The translations under genes were made by a program, and so were the position numbers. A stretch of 64,000 nucleotides of DNA from Sulfolobaceae archaeon (GTDB lineage: Archaea > Thermoproteota > Thermoprotei_A > Sulfolobales > Sulfolobaceae): positions 1-64,000 of the forward strand of contig JAWARQ010000004.1 of assembly GCA_038893355.1 (NCBI GenBank). The letters run 5' to 3'. Below are positions 55,070 to 64,000 of the stretch, piece by piece. How positions within the stretch are numbered: the first letter of the stretch is position 1; the number at the start of each line of letters is the position of its first letter. The notes beneath the pieces were generated by a model. It was not told the origin of the DNA and made no database searches. It saw nothing but the letters and a program-made list of their open reading frames with translations.

Positions 55070-56185
55070 TTAATTATAATATTTAGATATTATATTAATT
55101 GTTTTCTTAATCTCCTCTTCTGTATTATAGAAATGAGTAGATATCCTTATTCCACCACCTCTAGCTGAAACTATTATATTCTTCTCATATAACTTTTCAA
55201 CTATGGCTTTAGGATCTCTTGCTGATATAATTACAATTCCTGCCCTTTTATCAATCGGGGTTATAACTTCAAGACCTTTAGATTTTGCCTCTTCTATCAC
55301 TAATCTAGATAATCTTAGTACATTTTCTTCAATCTGTTCAATATTTTCGCTTAGAATCTCGCAAGATTTAGCTAAACCAGCTATTGCAGAAACGTCTAAA
55401 GTACCAATTTCAAATCTCCTAGGCCCTTTCTCTAATTCAAATACAGTCGCATTAAAATCTAAATAATTCCTAGTAGTTTTCCAACCATAAAAAGGAGGAT
55501 CTTTTATCATACCTTCCCTAACATAAAGAAATCCAGAGCCATGTGGTGCCATTAACCATTTATAACTTCCAGCTACTGCAAAGTCAACATCTAGGTCTTT
55601 TACGTCGACCTTTATTGCACCAGCACTCTGAATAACGTCTAAAAGAACTAGCGCTCCTTGACTGTGTGCTTCCTTAGTAATCTTCTTTACATCGACTTTG
55701 AGGCCAGTATTAAAACTTACATGACTTATTGCAATTAATTTAGTCTTTTTTGTTAAATTATTTAAAATATCTTCTTCAAAATTATTAATTTTTACATTGA
55801 TAATTTTAACTAAAATTCCTTTATTTTTTAATTTTAGAAATGGATAAACAACTGTTGGAAATTCTAGATTATCTGTTATTATTTCATCACCTTCACTAAG
55901 TTCTAAACCATGTGCAACTATATTAACTCCATATGAGGTATTAGGGATGAAGGAAACTTCTTCTGGTGTTGAATTTATTAACTTTGCGACTTTTTCTCTT
56001 GCCCACATTAAGTCATCCTTTTCTAATTCATTTACAGCTATACTTCCCTTCATTGAGATTTCCATTTGTACTCTAATGCTCTCCATTAAGACTGGAAGAG
56101 GGGGTGGCGATACTGATGCATGATTAAGATAAATACTACTACTTATAGCTGGTACTAATTTTCTGAATTCTGAAATATCAATCAT
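55070..56185 (-). CDS. Class V PLP-dependent enzyme
   Basis: YLNHAS, DVIQSAG, GSYKWL.AP.G.G, RFEIGT, RIS.HFYN. Confidence 0.9.
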   Translation of the reverse strand: MIDISEFRKLVPAISSSIYLNHASVSPPPLPVLMESIRVQMEISMKGSIAVNELEKDDLMWAREKVAKLINSTPEEVSFIPNTSYGVNIVAHGLELSEGDEIITDNLEFPTVVYPFLKLKNKGILVKIINVKINNFEEDILNNLTKKTKLIAISHVSFNTGLKVDVKKITKEAHSQGALVLLDVIQSAGAIKVDVKDLDVDFAVAGSYKWLMAPHGSGFLYVREGMIKDPPFYGWKTTRNYLDFNATVFELEKGPRRFEIGTLDVSAIAGLAKSCEILSENIEQIEENVLRLSRLVIEEAKSKGLEVITPIDKRAGIVIISARDPKAIVEKLYEKNIIVSARGGGIRISTHFYNTEEEIKKTINIISKYYN

Positions 56186-57893
56186 GTTTATTCTCCTTTA
56201 TTTTATCTTCAATATCTTTAATTACTTCTGGATCCTCAAGGATACTTTTATCTATTGGCTTATTCGTTAACAAGTCCCTAAGTATCTTCCTAGTGATTTT
56301 CCCACTTCTAGATCTTGGTAATTTTTCAACTCTATATACTTTATCGATTACGTATATACTACCTAAACTTTCCCTCACTTTCCTTATTATTTCATCTTCT
56401 TTCACATTTCCTACTACAAAAACTACTAATTTTTCCCCTTTTATCTCATCAGGAACTCCTACTGCAGCAGCTTCAACTACTCCAGGGATTTTAGTGATAA
56501 TATCCTCTACTTCTCCACTAGTTATTCTATGTCCTGCAATTTTTATCATATCATCATCTCTACCAACAATTTTTATATAACCATCTTCAACTAGCGCTAA
56601 ATCTCCAGTGTTATGACATCCAAATTTTTCGAAGTATTCTAAGTATTTTTGGTAATTGTTATAAATACCAATAAATTGTGTAGGAAATGGCTCTCGTGCA
56701 ACTAAATAGCCTATTTCTCTTTCTTTAACACGATTACCCTTTTCATCAACAACTTCTATAACTGCACCAGGCAGAGGAACTCCAGAAAAACCCTTCTTTG
56801 GGCTTACATTATCTAAGGAGTATGGTATTCCTATTACATAACCTAACTCAGTTTGACCATATATATCTGTTACCTTATCAGCATGCTTTTCTGCGTATTC
56901 CCAACTCTTCTCATCAAATATTTCCCCTGCAGTTGCAATAAATTCGACTCTAGGTATATTTATACCATATTTAATTAATAATCTTAAAAATGTAGGAGAA
57001 GTGAAAAATACTTTAGGCTTTAAAGTGTCTATAAGTTTAACTATTCTATCTTTTGGATGATCGGGAGCACCTTCTATGAATGCAAAAATTGATCCATGTA
57101 GTAAAGTACCATAAAATATCCTAGAAAAGGTTATCCATCCAACATCTGCAGTGGTAAGTACTATATCATTTGGTCTAAGGTTAAATATTACGTTAAATAC
57201 AGAATAATCCCCTACCATCCATGCACCGTGAGGTAAGATTGCTCCCTTAGGCTTACCAGTAGTTCCTGAAGTATACATGACCTTTAAAGGTTCATTAGCT
57301 TCTATAGGTACTGGTTCAACTTTATCTTCATATTTTATTATTTCATTCCTTATCTTATCTCTATCCAATATTACATTTCCTAATTCTGTATAGAGGGGTA
57401 TTTTAGTACCTCTCCTTATTGTGTAGTTAGTAGTAACTACTAGATCGGGAGAAAAATCTTTTATTCTATACCACACCGCATCTCTTCCCAAACCAGCAAA
57501 TATTAGATTGTATACTATACCTATTCTTGCAGCCCCTAGGATTAGAAATAGTGTTTCTGGAATATTAGGCATATATAAGCTTATTTTACTATTTTTACGT
57601 AAACCCTTATTAATAAGAAAATTTGCTGATGCTTCTACAAATTTTTTTACTTCTTTATAGTTAAACTCTTCTAACTTTCCATCTTCTGATTGCCATATTA
57701 GTGCAGTTCCATTATTTCTATCAACTGCATTATAAGAGATATTTGTTAATCCTCCTTCGAACCAGATACCCTTAAAGCCCTCCTTTCTAAAAGCCCTCTT
57801 CCATCTTTTAAACCAATGTAATTTTTCAGCAACTTGAGACCAGTATTCTTCTTTTTTCTCTATCGAGAATTTATACAAAGTATAGTAATCCAA
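56178..57893 (-). CDS. AMP-forming acyl-CoA synthetase
   Basis: YTSGTTGKPKG, DIYGQTE, TGD, GRDDD, LPRSRSGK. Confidence 0.9.
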   Translation of the reverse strand: MDYYTLYKFSIEKKEEYWSQVAEKLHWFKRWKRAFRKEGFKGIWFEGGLTNISYNAVDRNNGTALIWQSEDGKLEEFNYKEVKKFVEASANFLINKGLRKNSKISLYMPNIPETLFLILGAARIGIVYNLIFAGLGRDAVWYRIKDFSPDLVVTTNYTIRRGTKIPLYTELGNVILDRDKIRNEIIKYEDKVEPVPIEANEPLKVMYTSGTTGKPKGAILPHGAWMVGDYSVFNVIFNLRPNDIVLTTADVGWITFSRIFYGTLLHGSIFAFIEGAPDHPKDRIVKLIDTLKPKVFFTSPTFLRLLIKYGINIPRVEFIATAGEIFDEKSWEYAEKHADKVTDIYGQTELGYVIGIPYSLDNVSPKKGFSGVPLPGAVIEVVDEKGNRVKEREIGYLVAREPFPTQFIGIYNNYQKYLEYFEKFGCHNTGDLALVEDGYIKIVGRDDDMIKIAGHRITSGEVEDIITKIPGVVEAAAVGVPDEIKGEKLVVFVVGNVKEDEIIRKVRESLGSIYVIDKVYRVEKLPRSRSGKITRKILRDLLTNKPIDKSILEDPEVIKDIEDKIKENKHD

Positions 57894-57902
57894 CTTATAA
57901 AA

Positions 57903-58379
57903 TTATTCTCGCTGAAGTTTCAAAAGTTTTCCGCCACATATCGGGCATTCGTTGTAATATATAATATATTCTCTTTTACAAGATTTACATATATATTTAT
58001 ATGTTTTTTGTTTAATATTAATTTTCCTTAATTTTACTGTTTTATAATTTATTTTTAAATAATTTAATATATTTATTATTGATATATCATCCGTAATTAC
58101 AATTGATGGTTTTAAATCGATAGCTAACGCTATAATAGAAATATCAGCTCTTGATAACGAATACTCTCCTATTAATTTTGACACACTAAGTACTAAAGAT
58201 ACACTTTCCTTAGAAGGTTCAATTACTTTCACTTTACCTGCTTCAAGTGAATATGATAGTAAAGTGTTTGATAGGTTATCTTTAACTTCATCAAGTACTT
58301 CATTTGTCGTATAGACTTCTTCATAAAGGTTTTGTAAACCAGCTAAAAATCCTGCTGTATCAAATATTACTCTTTGCAT
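57903..58379 (-). CDS. nob1: Nob1 PIN-domain endonuclease with Zn ribbon
   Basis: IFDTAGF, EV.DE, LSRAD, TDD, CKSC...CPICG. Confidence 0.9.
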   Translation of the reverse strand: MQRVIFDTAGFLAGLQNLYEEVYTTNEVLDEVKDNLSNTLLSYSLEAGKVKVIEPSKESVSLVLSVSKLIGEYSLSRADISIIALAIDLKPSIVITDDISIINILNYLKINYKTVKLRKINIKQKTYKYICKSCKREYIIYYNECPICGGKLLKLQRE

Positions 58380-59128
58380 ACTAATTCTTTAAATACATTT
58401 ATCTGATTAAATCTATAAATTATTCCTTTATGGTTTTTGCTAACGTTAACTTTTAGGAACCTATCACGTGATACTAATACGGAATTAATAATTTCACCGT
58501 CAGAAATTACTCTTACGATTTGTGGTCTACCTTTTTCTTCTAATGTAATTTTAATCTCAACATCACTAGGGAATATTATTGACCTTAAGTTAGATTTTAC
58601 GGGGTTTAGTATAGTTAGCTGTATTATAGGTAATATTTTATACACGACTGTACTAGTAATATAGAATGACCACGCCCAATTACCTTGTGGTGTTGAAACT
58701 ATAACACCATCTCCTTCAAAAGATAATATCTTATCATTATTTACAATTATGTTACCTAATATTGTCTGCGGTTTCTCATAAACGATTCCAACTTCATTAA
58801 ATGCTAAACCTCTTACCCCATTAAGCTCATATTCTAATAATGGAAATTCCTCTATAGAATAATTCAGATTTAACAATCTTTCTACAACCTCTTCCAGTTG
58901 TTCTGCTTCAACGTCTAGTAAATACGCCTTTCTACCGGCCTTTATACCAATTATGGGTTTGCCAAGCTTGATAGCTCTAATTAAAGTCCCATCTCCACCA
59001 ACTACGAAAACTACATCTGGGTTATTTCCATCAATTTCTATTCCCTTGCTTTTTAGAATTCTAATTAATTCTTCTTCAATTTTTCTAGATCTTTCCGAAC
59101 CACTACTTACTATCTTTGCCTTAACCAT
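58367..59128 (-). CDS. nadK: NAD kinase
   Basis: GGDGTL, AFNE, GDGV.VSTPQG, DG. Confidence 0.88.
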   Translation of the reverse strand: MVKAKIVSSGSERSRKIEEELIRILKSKGIEIDGNNPDVVFVVGGDGTLIRAIKLGKPIIGIKAGRKAYLLDVEAEQLEEVVERLLNLNYSIEEFPLLEYELNGVRGLAFNEVGIVYEKPQTILGNIIVNNDKILSFEGDGVIVSTPQGNWAWSFYITSTVVYKILPIIQLTILNPVKSNLRSIIFPSDVEIKITLEEKGRPQIVRVISDGEIINSVLVSRDRFLKVNVSKNHKGIIYRFNQINVFKELVCKE

Positions 59129-59163
59129 CGGCTATTATAGAGTTGTTTTCGATCTATTAATAC

Positions 59164-59532
59164 TTAACTAATCTGTATTACTTCAAGCCTTTCATTTGCC
59201 CTTAATATAACATTTACACTAAAAAATCTACTATCATTAATTATCTCTATTTGTGTATTATTAAAAGTCAATAATCTTATTTTAAATATTTTAATATATA
59301 TATTGTTATATTTTAGAGTTATCCAATTATTAGCACCTTCTACTACTATTACACATCTTCCACTAATTCTTAGTTTAGCCTTACCCTTAGGTCGAAGATA
59401 TATTCTAGTTTCTTGATAGCTTTCACCAACAAACTTCAAGCCTTCATTTATTATCTTTTTAAAATAGTATATCCATAATATTACAAGAATTATAAAAGGA
59501 AATAGTAAGATTATTAATATCGTAGGCGACAT
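59164..59532 (-). CDS. Hypothetical protein with N-terminal TM
   Basis: 122-aa ORF. Confidence 0.6.
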   Translation of the reverse strand: MSPTILIILLFPFIILVILWIYYFKKIINEGLKFVGESYQETRIYLRPKGKAKLRISGRCVIVVEGANNWITLKYNNIYIKIFKIRLLTFNNTQIEIINDSRFFSVNVILRANERLEVIQIS

Positions 59533-59606
59533 ACTAATACTCGGTTAAATATTTAGAGTATAGGTTTAAATAATATAAGCATAAGTAACTATTGGATAGT
59601 GAGAGT

Positions 59607-60611
59607 ATGAAGGAGTATGATATAATTGTAATAGGCGGAGGACCTACTGGTTTATTTGCTACTTTTTATGCAGGCTTACGCGATATGAATACTTTATTAG
59701 TAGATGCACAAGACGAATTAGGTGGACAGCTAGTAACATTGTATCCAGAGAAAATGGTTTATGATGTAGGTGGCTTTCCGGGAATTCTTGCATATGACTT
59801 AGCACAAAGATTAGTTGAACAAGCAAAGATGTTTGGTCCAGATATCAGAACTAGGGAATGGGTAGATTGGATTGAAAGAGATAATAGTAATGGAATTTGG
59901 ATTGTAAAGACTAACAGTGGAAATGAATTCAGAGCTAAGACAATTTTACTTGCAATGGGTATAGGGAGAATAGTTCCAAATAAATTAGGAGTTAAGGGGG
60001 AGAGTGAATTTGAAGGTAAAGGAGTGTATTATACTGTAAGAAGAAAGAGTGAATTTGAAGGTAAAAGGGTTTTAATAGTTGGTGGCGGAGATTCTGCAGT
60101 TGATTGGGCTCTTACTTTGGCTCCTATAGCTAAGGAGGTTACTCTTATTCATAGGAGAGATCAGTTTAGAGCTCATGAAAGAAGTGTTAGAGAATTATAT
60201 AAAGTGGCTAAAGTTTATACTTGGCATGAATTAAAGGAAGTTAGAGGTGATGGTAATAAAATTACCCAGGCAATAATATTTGATAACAGGACTAAAGATG
60301 AAAAGATTCTTGATGTAGATGCAGTTATAATAAGTATAGGTCATAAGGGTGATTTGGGAAATTTACCGAAATGGGGAGTTAATATGAAAGGTAGAAGTGT
60401 TATAGTAAATCAAAAAATGGAGACAAACTTGCCAGGAGTTTATGCTGCAGGGGATTTAGCAGAAATTGAGGGCTCTCCTAAATTAGCCCTAATAGCTATA
60501 GGTTTTGCACAAGCTGCAATAGCTATTAGTGTTGCTAAAAAATATATTGATCCTAACTCATCATTATTTGCAGGTCATAGTTCAGAAATGGAGAAGCTAG
60601 TTAAGAAATGA
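59607..60611 (+). CDS. TrxB-type ferredoxin--NADP+ reductase (YumC-like)
   Basis: [33 protein letters not shown]-terminal GHSS; no CxxC. Confidence 0.9.
   Translation: MKEYDIIVIGGGPTGLFATFYAGLRDMNTLLVDAQDELGGQLVTLYPEKMVYDVGGFPGILAYDLAQRLVEQAKMFGPDIRTREWVDWIERDNSNGIWIVKTNSGNEFRAKTILLAMGIGRIVPNKLGVKGESEFEGKGVYYTVRRKSEFEGKRVLIVGGGDSAVDWALTLAPIAKEVTLIHRRDQFRAHERSVRELYKVAKVYTWHELKEVRGDGNKITQAIIFDNRTKDEKILDVDAVIISIGHKGDLGNLPKWGVNMKGRSVIVNQKMETNLPGVYAAGDLAEIEGSPKLALIAIGFAQAAIAISVAKKYIDPNSSLFAGHSSEMEKLVKK
60001..60065. repeat. Exact 20-bp direct repeat, 45-bp period
   Basis: AGAGTGAATTTGAAGGTAAA at 60001-60020 and 60046-60065 (SEFEGK twice). Confidence 0.88.
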
Positions 60612-61516
60612 CTTTTTGTATTAAAGTAGAAAAGAAAGATTATAATAATATAAGAAAGATTGTAGAAATTGATAATAATTATATTCCTATTTTTTCTAAA
60701 GAATTTGTTCTAGTACCAGTGAAAAATATCCCAGAAGGCTTTGAAGTCGTAGAATGTAATCCTATTAAAAAAGAAAAGAAGCCAAAATTAAGGGATTTAG
60801 TGAAGGGGGTTAGTAGTTATTATATCATAGGAGATATTGTAATACTCTCGCCAAAGGTAGAGGTTGATAAGAAGAAGTTAGCAGAAGCTATAATGAGTAT
60901 AAATCCTAATGTAAGATCAGTCTTTATTAAGAAAAGGGTAAGTGGCGAATTAAGATTAAACGAGTTAGAGCACGTAGGCGGTATATATAATACTAGAACA
61001 ATATATAAGGAAAATCAAGTTAGATTTGTTGTAGATATTTCAAGAGTATATGTAAACATATCATTAGCTGGTGAAAGGCTCACATTAGTAAAAGAATTGA
61101 AAGATTATAAGAGAATTCTTGATGCGTTTTCGGGATATGGTGCAATTGCATTAAATATTATTCATAAAAATAATAGTTACGTAGTAGCCGGGGATATTAA
61201 TATTGAAGGTTTGTACTTAGCTAAAGAATCTATTAATTTAAATAAGTTTAAGGGCACCATAGACCTTATTCATTATGATGCCCACTTTCTTCCTTTTAGA
61301 GATAAGTCATTTGATGTTTCAATTGGTGATAATCCTACCGTGATTAAAGAATTTATAGAAGAGCTCTGTAGAGTTTCTAAATTTTCGATAATATACTATC
61401 TTTCTTCTTCTCCTCCACCTCAATCCCTTTCACATAATATCCTCAATTGGCGCATTGTTAATGAATATTCTAAAAATCTCTTCATCTATAAGGTATTCAT
61501 TACCTGCAATAACTGA
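60608..61516 (+). CDS. Trm5/Taw2-like class I SAM-dependent tRNA methyltransferase
   Basis: [21 protein letters not shown]...VY, DAFSGYG, DIN. Confidence 0.8.
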   Translation: MTFCIKVEKKDYNNIRKIVEIDNNYIPIFSKEFVLVPVKNIPEGFEVVECNPIKKEKKPKLRDLVKGVSSYYIIGDIVILSPKVEVDKKKLAEAIMSINPNVRSVFIKKRVSGELRLNELEHVGGIYNTRTIYKENQVRFVVDISRVYVNISLAGERLTLVKELKDYKRILDAFSGYGAIALNIIHKNNSYVVAGDINIEGLYLAKESINLNKFKGTIDLIHYDAHFLPFRDKSFDVSIGDNPTVIKEFIEELCRVSKFSIIYYLSSSPPPQSLSHNILNWRIVNEYSKNLFIYKVFITCNN

Positions 61517-61924
61517 AACTAGAAAACGTGGTTTTTCAGTTCTAAGTTTGTTTATTAAATCTCTTCTCAAGTCTCTTGCTGATTTATTAGACCTTATTGC
61601 TATTGTAGCATCTGATATGAAGTCGGATTTTCTCACTATTATTTTATTACCATTAGTTAAAGTCAGTTTACTACTTCCCTTACCTTTAACTATTTCATAA
61701 AGTTCATTAGATAAATATATTACAATATAAACATAAGTTTCTTCTCTTATTATAAGTCTTTTTAATTCTTCATCTAAATCTCTTGCACCTTTATTAGCAT
61801 TTATTCCAATAATACAATCTCCACGTAGAGTTAAGTAGTTATCTTTAGTTATTTCAAAGGTAGTTCTATGTTTAGCTCTAATATTTTCATGACCTTCAGC
61901 TATTAAGTGATCTAGTCTTATCAT
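61430..61924 (-). CDS. DUF371-domain protein
   Basis: GHENIRAKHRTTFEITKD.YLT.RGDCIIG, RKSDF. Confidence 0.9.
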   Translation of the reverse strand: MIRLDHLIAEGHENIRAKHRTTFEITKDNYLTLRGDCIIGINANKGARDLDEELKRLIIREETYVYIVIYLSNELYEIVKGKGSSKLTLTNGNKIIVRKSDFISDATIAIRSNKSARDLRRDLINKLRTEKPRFLVSVIAGNEYLIDEEIFRIFINNAPIEDIM

Positions 61925-62195
61925 CTTTCTTCGCGAGAATAAATGTATAGCCCCTAACTTCTATGAGCTTTGAATTAGTTTTTTCTGCAACCTCCTCTGC
62001 AAATTTTCTTCTATCCTCAACTTTTAACCCTATTCTAACCTTTATCACCTTGGAATATTCTAATCTCCTCTTTATTTCATTTATTACTCCATCCGTAAGA
62101 CCTTTTTTACCTATTCTTACATCAGCATGTCTAGCTTTTGCCTTCTTCACTTTCATTCTTATATCTTCTGAGGACATACCTTCTAATCCAACCAC
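61896..62195 (-). CDS. YhbY/CRM RNA-binding protein
   Basis: RIGKKGLT..VI.EI...L...VIKV, EVRGYT; start likely a downstream ATG. Confidence 0.88.
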   Translation of the reverse strand: MVGLEGMSSEDIRMKVKKAKARHADVRIGKKGLTDGVINEIKRRLEYSKVIKVRIGLKVEDRRKFAEEVAEKTNSKLIEVRGYTFILAKKDDKTRSLNS

Positions 62196-62439
62196 AACAT
62201 ATGCAAGTTCTAATTAAAACTTTTCCTCTTATTCTTCTCCTCTCTGTTAGCCCAGGAATGAGTGGGGTTTTACATTTTCTACAAAACTTCCTTTTTAATT
62301 TTAGAGGAATTTTTACATGTGTTTTAGAGGAATAAACTAGTGCTAATTTAATGTATTCTCTACTTAATTCTAACTCGCCACTTCTTGCTAACTCTTCTGC
62401 CTGTAAGATTAACTTTTCAATTCTTTTTAAGTACCTCAT
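62131..62439 (-). CDS. rnp4: RNase P protein Rpp21
   Basis: KRKFCRKC..PLIPG, RTCICCG.IRRY. Confidence 0.9.
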   Translation of the reverse strand: MRYLKRIEKLILQAEELARSGELELSREYIKLALVYSSKTHVKIPLKLKRKFCRKCKTPLIPGLTERRRIRGKVLIRTCICCGWIRRYVLRRYKNESEEGKS

Positions 62440-62443
62440 TCTT

Positions 62444-63115
62444 GTGAAGAAGTTAAAGTTTAACTTAATATTGTTAGAGTCTGCATTGGAATTAGTGCCC
62501 AATGAGATAATTAATCATCCTGCTGTCCTTAAGAATGCAAAAAAGAGAAATAAAAAACCAAATGAAACTATCCTAGATATTTCACTTCACTATTTTGCAA
62601 TGAGGAAATTAAAAGAATGGAAAAAGAGAGGAAGACCAGATATAATTCATCAAGTAATGTTATCCTTTCTCTTAGAATCAGAAGCGATTAAAGGTGAATT
62701 TTATATACATACGTTTGACTCGAGAATCATAAAAGTAAATCCTATAATGAGACCACCTAAGAATTACTATCGATTTATAAGTCTAATGGAACAATTATTA
62801 TTGAAGGGAAGAGTTCCGCCTAAGTCCTCTACACCTTTAATGGAGGTTCTCAATATTTCGTTAAGTGATATTAAGAAAAAATATAAGCTATTATTAATGT
62901 GGGAAAAAGGAAAGAAAATTCAAGGAAATGAGTTATGTAATTATTTAAATGAAGAGTGGATTATAGGTATAGGTGGTTTTCCACATGGAGATTTTAGTAA
63001 AGAGATATTAGATATTGCTGATGAAAAATACAGTATAGCAGATGAAACTCTTGAGGCGTTTCAAGTTGTTAATAGGATTGTATGCTATTGTGGTTATGCT
63101 TTTTCAACTCCATAA
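62444..63115 (+). CDS. nep1: Nep1/Emg1 rRNA pseudouridine methyltransferase
   Basis: ESALELVP, KRGRPDIIH, HT, RPPKNY.RF..LMEQL, IGGFPHG. Confidence 0.93.
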   Translation: MKKLKFNLILLESALELVPNEIINHPAVLKNAKKRNKKPNETILDISLHYFAMRKLKEWKKRGRPDIIHQVMLSFLLESEAIKGEFYIHTFDSRIIKVNPIMRPPKNYYRFISLMEQLLLKGRVPPKSSTPLMEVLNISLSDIKKKYKLLLMWEKGKKIQGNELCNYLNEEWIIGIGGFPHGDFSKEILDIADEKYSIADETLEAFQVVNRIVCYCGYAFSTP

Positions 63116-63681
63116 AACTTTGCATTAATGACTATAACGCCTCCAGGGGAAGCTGTTGCAGAAGAGATTTTGAATCCGTAACTTTCTAGCACATTAATTG
63201 CTACTTCTTTTGCACATGTAGTAGATTCCAGACTAAATCCAGTACCAGTTATTCTCATCTCAATTTCATCATTACCCCTTTTCCTAACAGCTATTTCATT
63301 TATCGGTAATATTGACCGCATTGTATTGTAAAGTAATAGAATTTCTTCGAGAGTATTTGCCTTTGTTTTAAGGTATAAGGCTAATTGCCTACCAGTAGAT
63401 TTACATAATTCAATAAATTCCTTTTCATTATTTTTATATGCTAATCTGGATAGATTATCGAGAAACCATGAAGTAACTGGTACTAGATCTAATCCCTTTG
63501 ATAGTAGATAGAATTCTATTAAACTCTCGAGTGAAGAGACATCTTCACCTTCCTTTAGCAGTCTTGCTAATGACTTTAATGCTGTATTCGTCAAAGAATA
63601 TAGAGTATAACCTCTCTTTTTAGCTTCCTTCTCTAATTCATCAACTATTACCCCATCTGCTGCAATGTTAACTCTTGGCAT
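63094..63681 (-). CDS. Hypothetical regulator: RHH-like N-terminus plus V4R-like domain
   Basis: MPRVNIAAD...VDELEKEAKKRGYTLYSL strand-helix-helix pattern. Confidence 0.65.
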   Translation of the reverse strand: MPRVNIAADGVIVDELEKEAKKRGYTLYSLTNTALKSLARLLKEGEDVSSLESLIEFYLLSKGLDLVPVTSWFLDNLSRLAYKNNEKEFIELCKSTGRQLALYLKTKANTLEEILLLYNTMRSILPINEIAVRKRGNDEIEMRITGTGFSLESTTCAKEVAINVLESYGFKISSATASPGGVIVINAKFYGVEKA

Positions 63682-63763
63682 ATAATCCTCAAGAGAAAAG
63701 TAATGTATCAAAAATTTTAATATTTATCGTTTTAGGTTTAAGGGAATATAATAAGAAGGTTTG

Positions 63764-63889
63764 TTAATGAGCGAAATATAGTTCTATTAACACATCAAAT
63801 AAAATAAATACTATTAATAGAATTATAAATGTACCTATATACCAGTTTTCTTTAAATAAAATTTTAAGCAGTCCAGAGTTTTTTCTCAT
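63764..63889 (-). CDS. 41-aa single-TM small protein (not in the ORF track)
   Basis: ATG..TAA encoding MRKNSGLLKILFKENWYIGTFIILLIVFILFDVLIELYFAH. Confidence 0.5.
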   Translation of the reverse strand: MRKNSGLLKILFKENWYIGTFIILLIVFILFDVLIELYFAH

Positions 63890-64000
63890 ATTATTTCTTT
63901 TTCTTTAAATCCTATTAAAACCTTTCCTGCCTACTTGAAAGACAATTATTTAAAGTAATAATTAAATATCTCTTTTAATTATATTAAATCAATATTTTTA

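Overview
AT-rich chromosomal segment of a thermoacidophilic archaeon of the order Sulfolobales, inferred from protein similarity recalled from memory (no database search was run). It is mostly core genome: a 5'-truncated malonyl/succinyl-CoA reductase-type gene, nadE, tldD/tldE, birA, sua5, icd, then a repeat-rich gap that is very likely replication origin oriC2 next to cdc6-3 (orc1-3). Further on are an M1 aminopeptidase, the duplicated editing-degenerate LeuRS-I beside an AF0577-type radical SAM/SPASM gene and an MFS transporter, nucS, a stand-alone nuoB, xerA, an atypical Trm10, two acyl-CoA ligases, tRNA-Gly(GCC), endonuclease IV and an RNA-processing cluster (Nob1, METTL5, Trm5-like, DUF371, YhbY, Rpp21, Nep1). 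Features absent from the ORF track: one clear C/D box sRNA, a second C/D-like element complementary to the 16S 3' end, one clear and one tentative decayed IS200/IS605 tnpB relic, and a 41-aa membrane sORF. Odd signals: an abrupt codon-usage switch at about nt 124, four exact in-gene direct repeats spaced 45-48 bp apart, and a start-less METTL5 N-terminus behind an A-AAT-TTA slippery site. No CRISPR array, rRNA or intact mobile element was seen. No new system is proven; the leading hypotheses are listed in findings.
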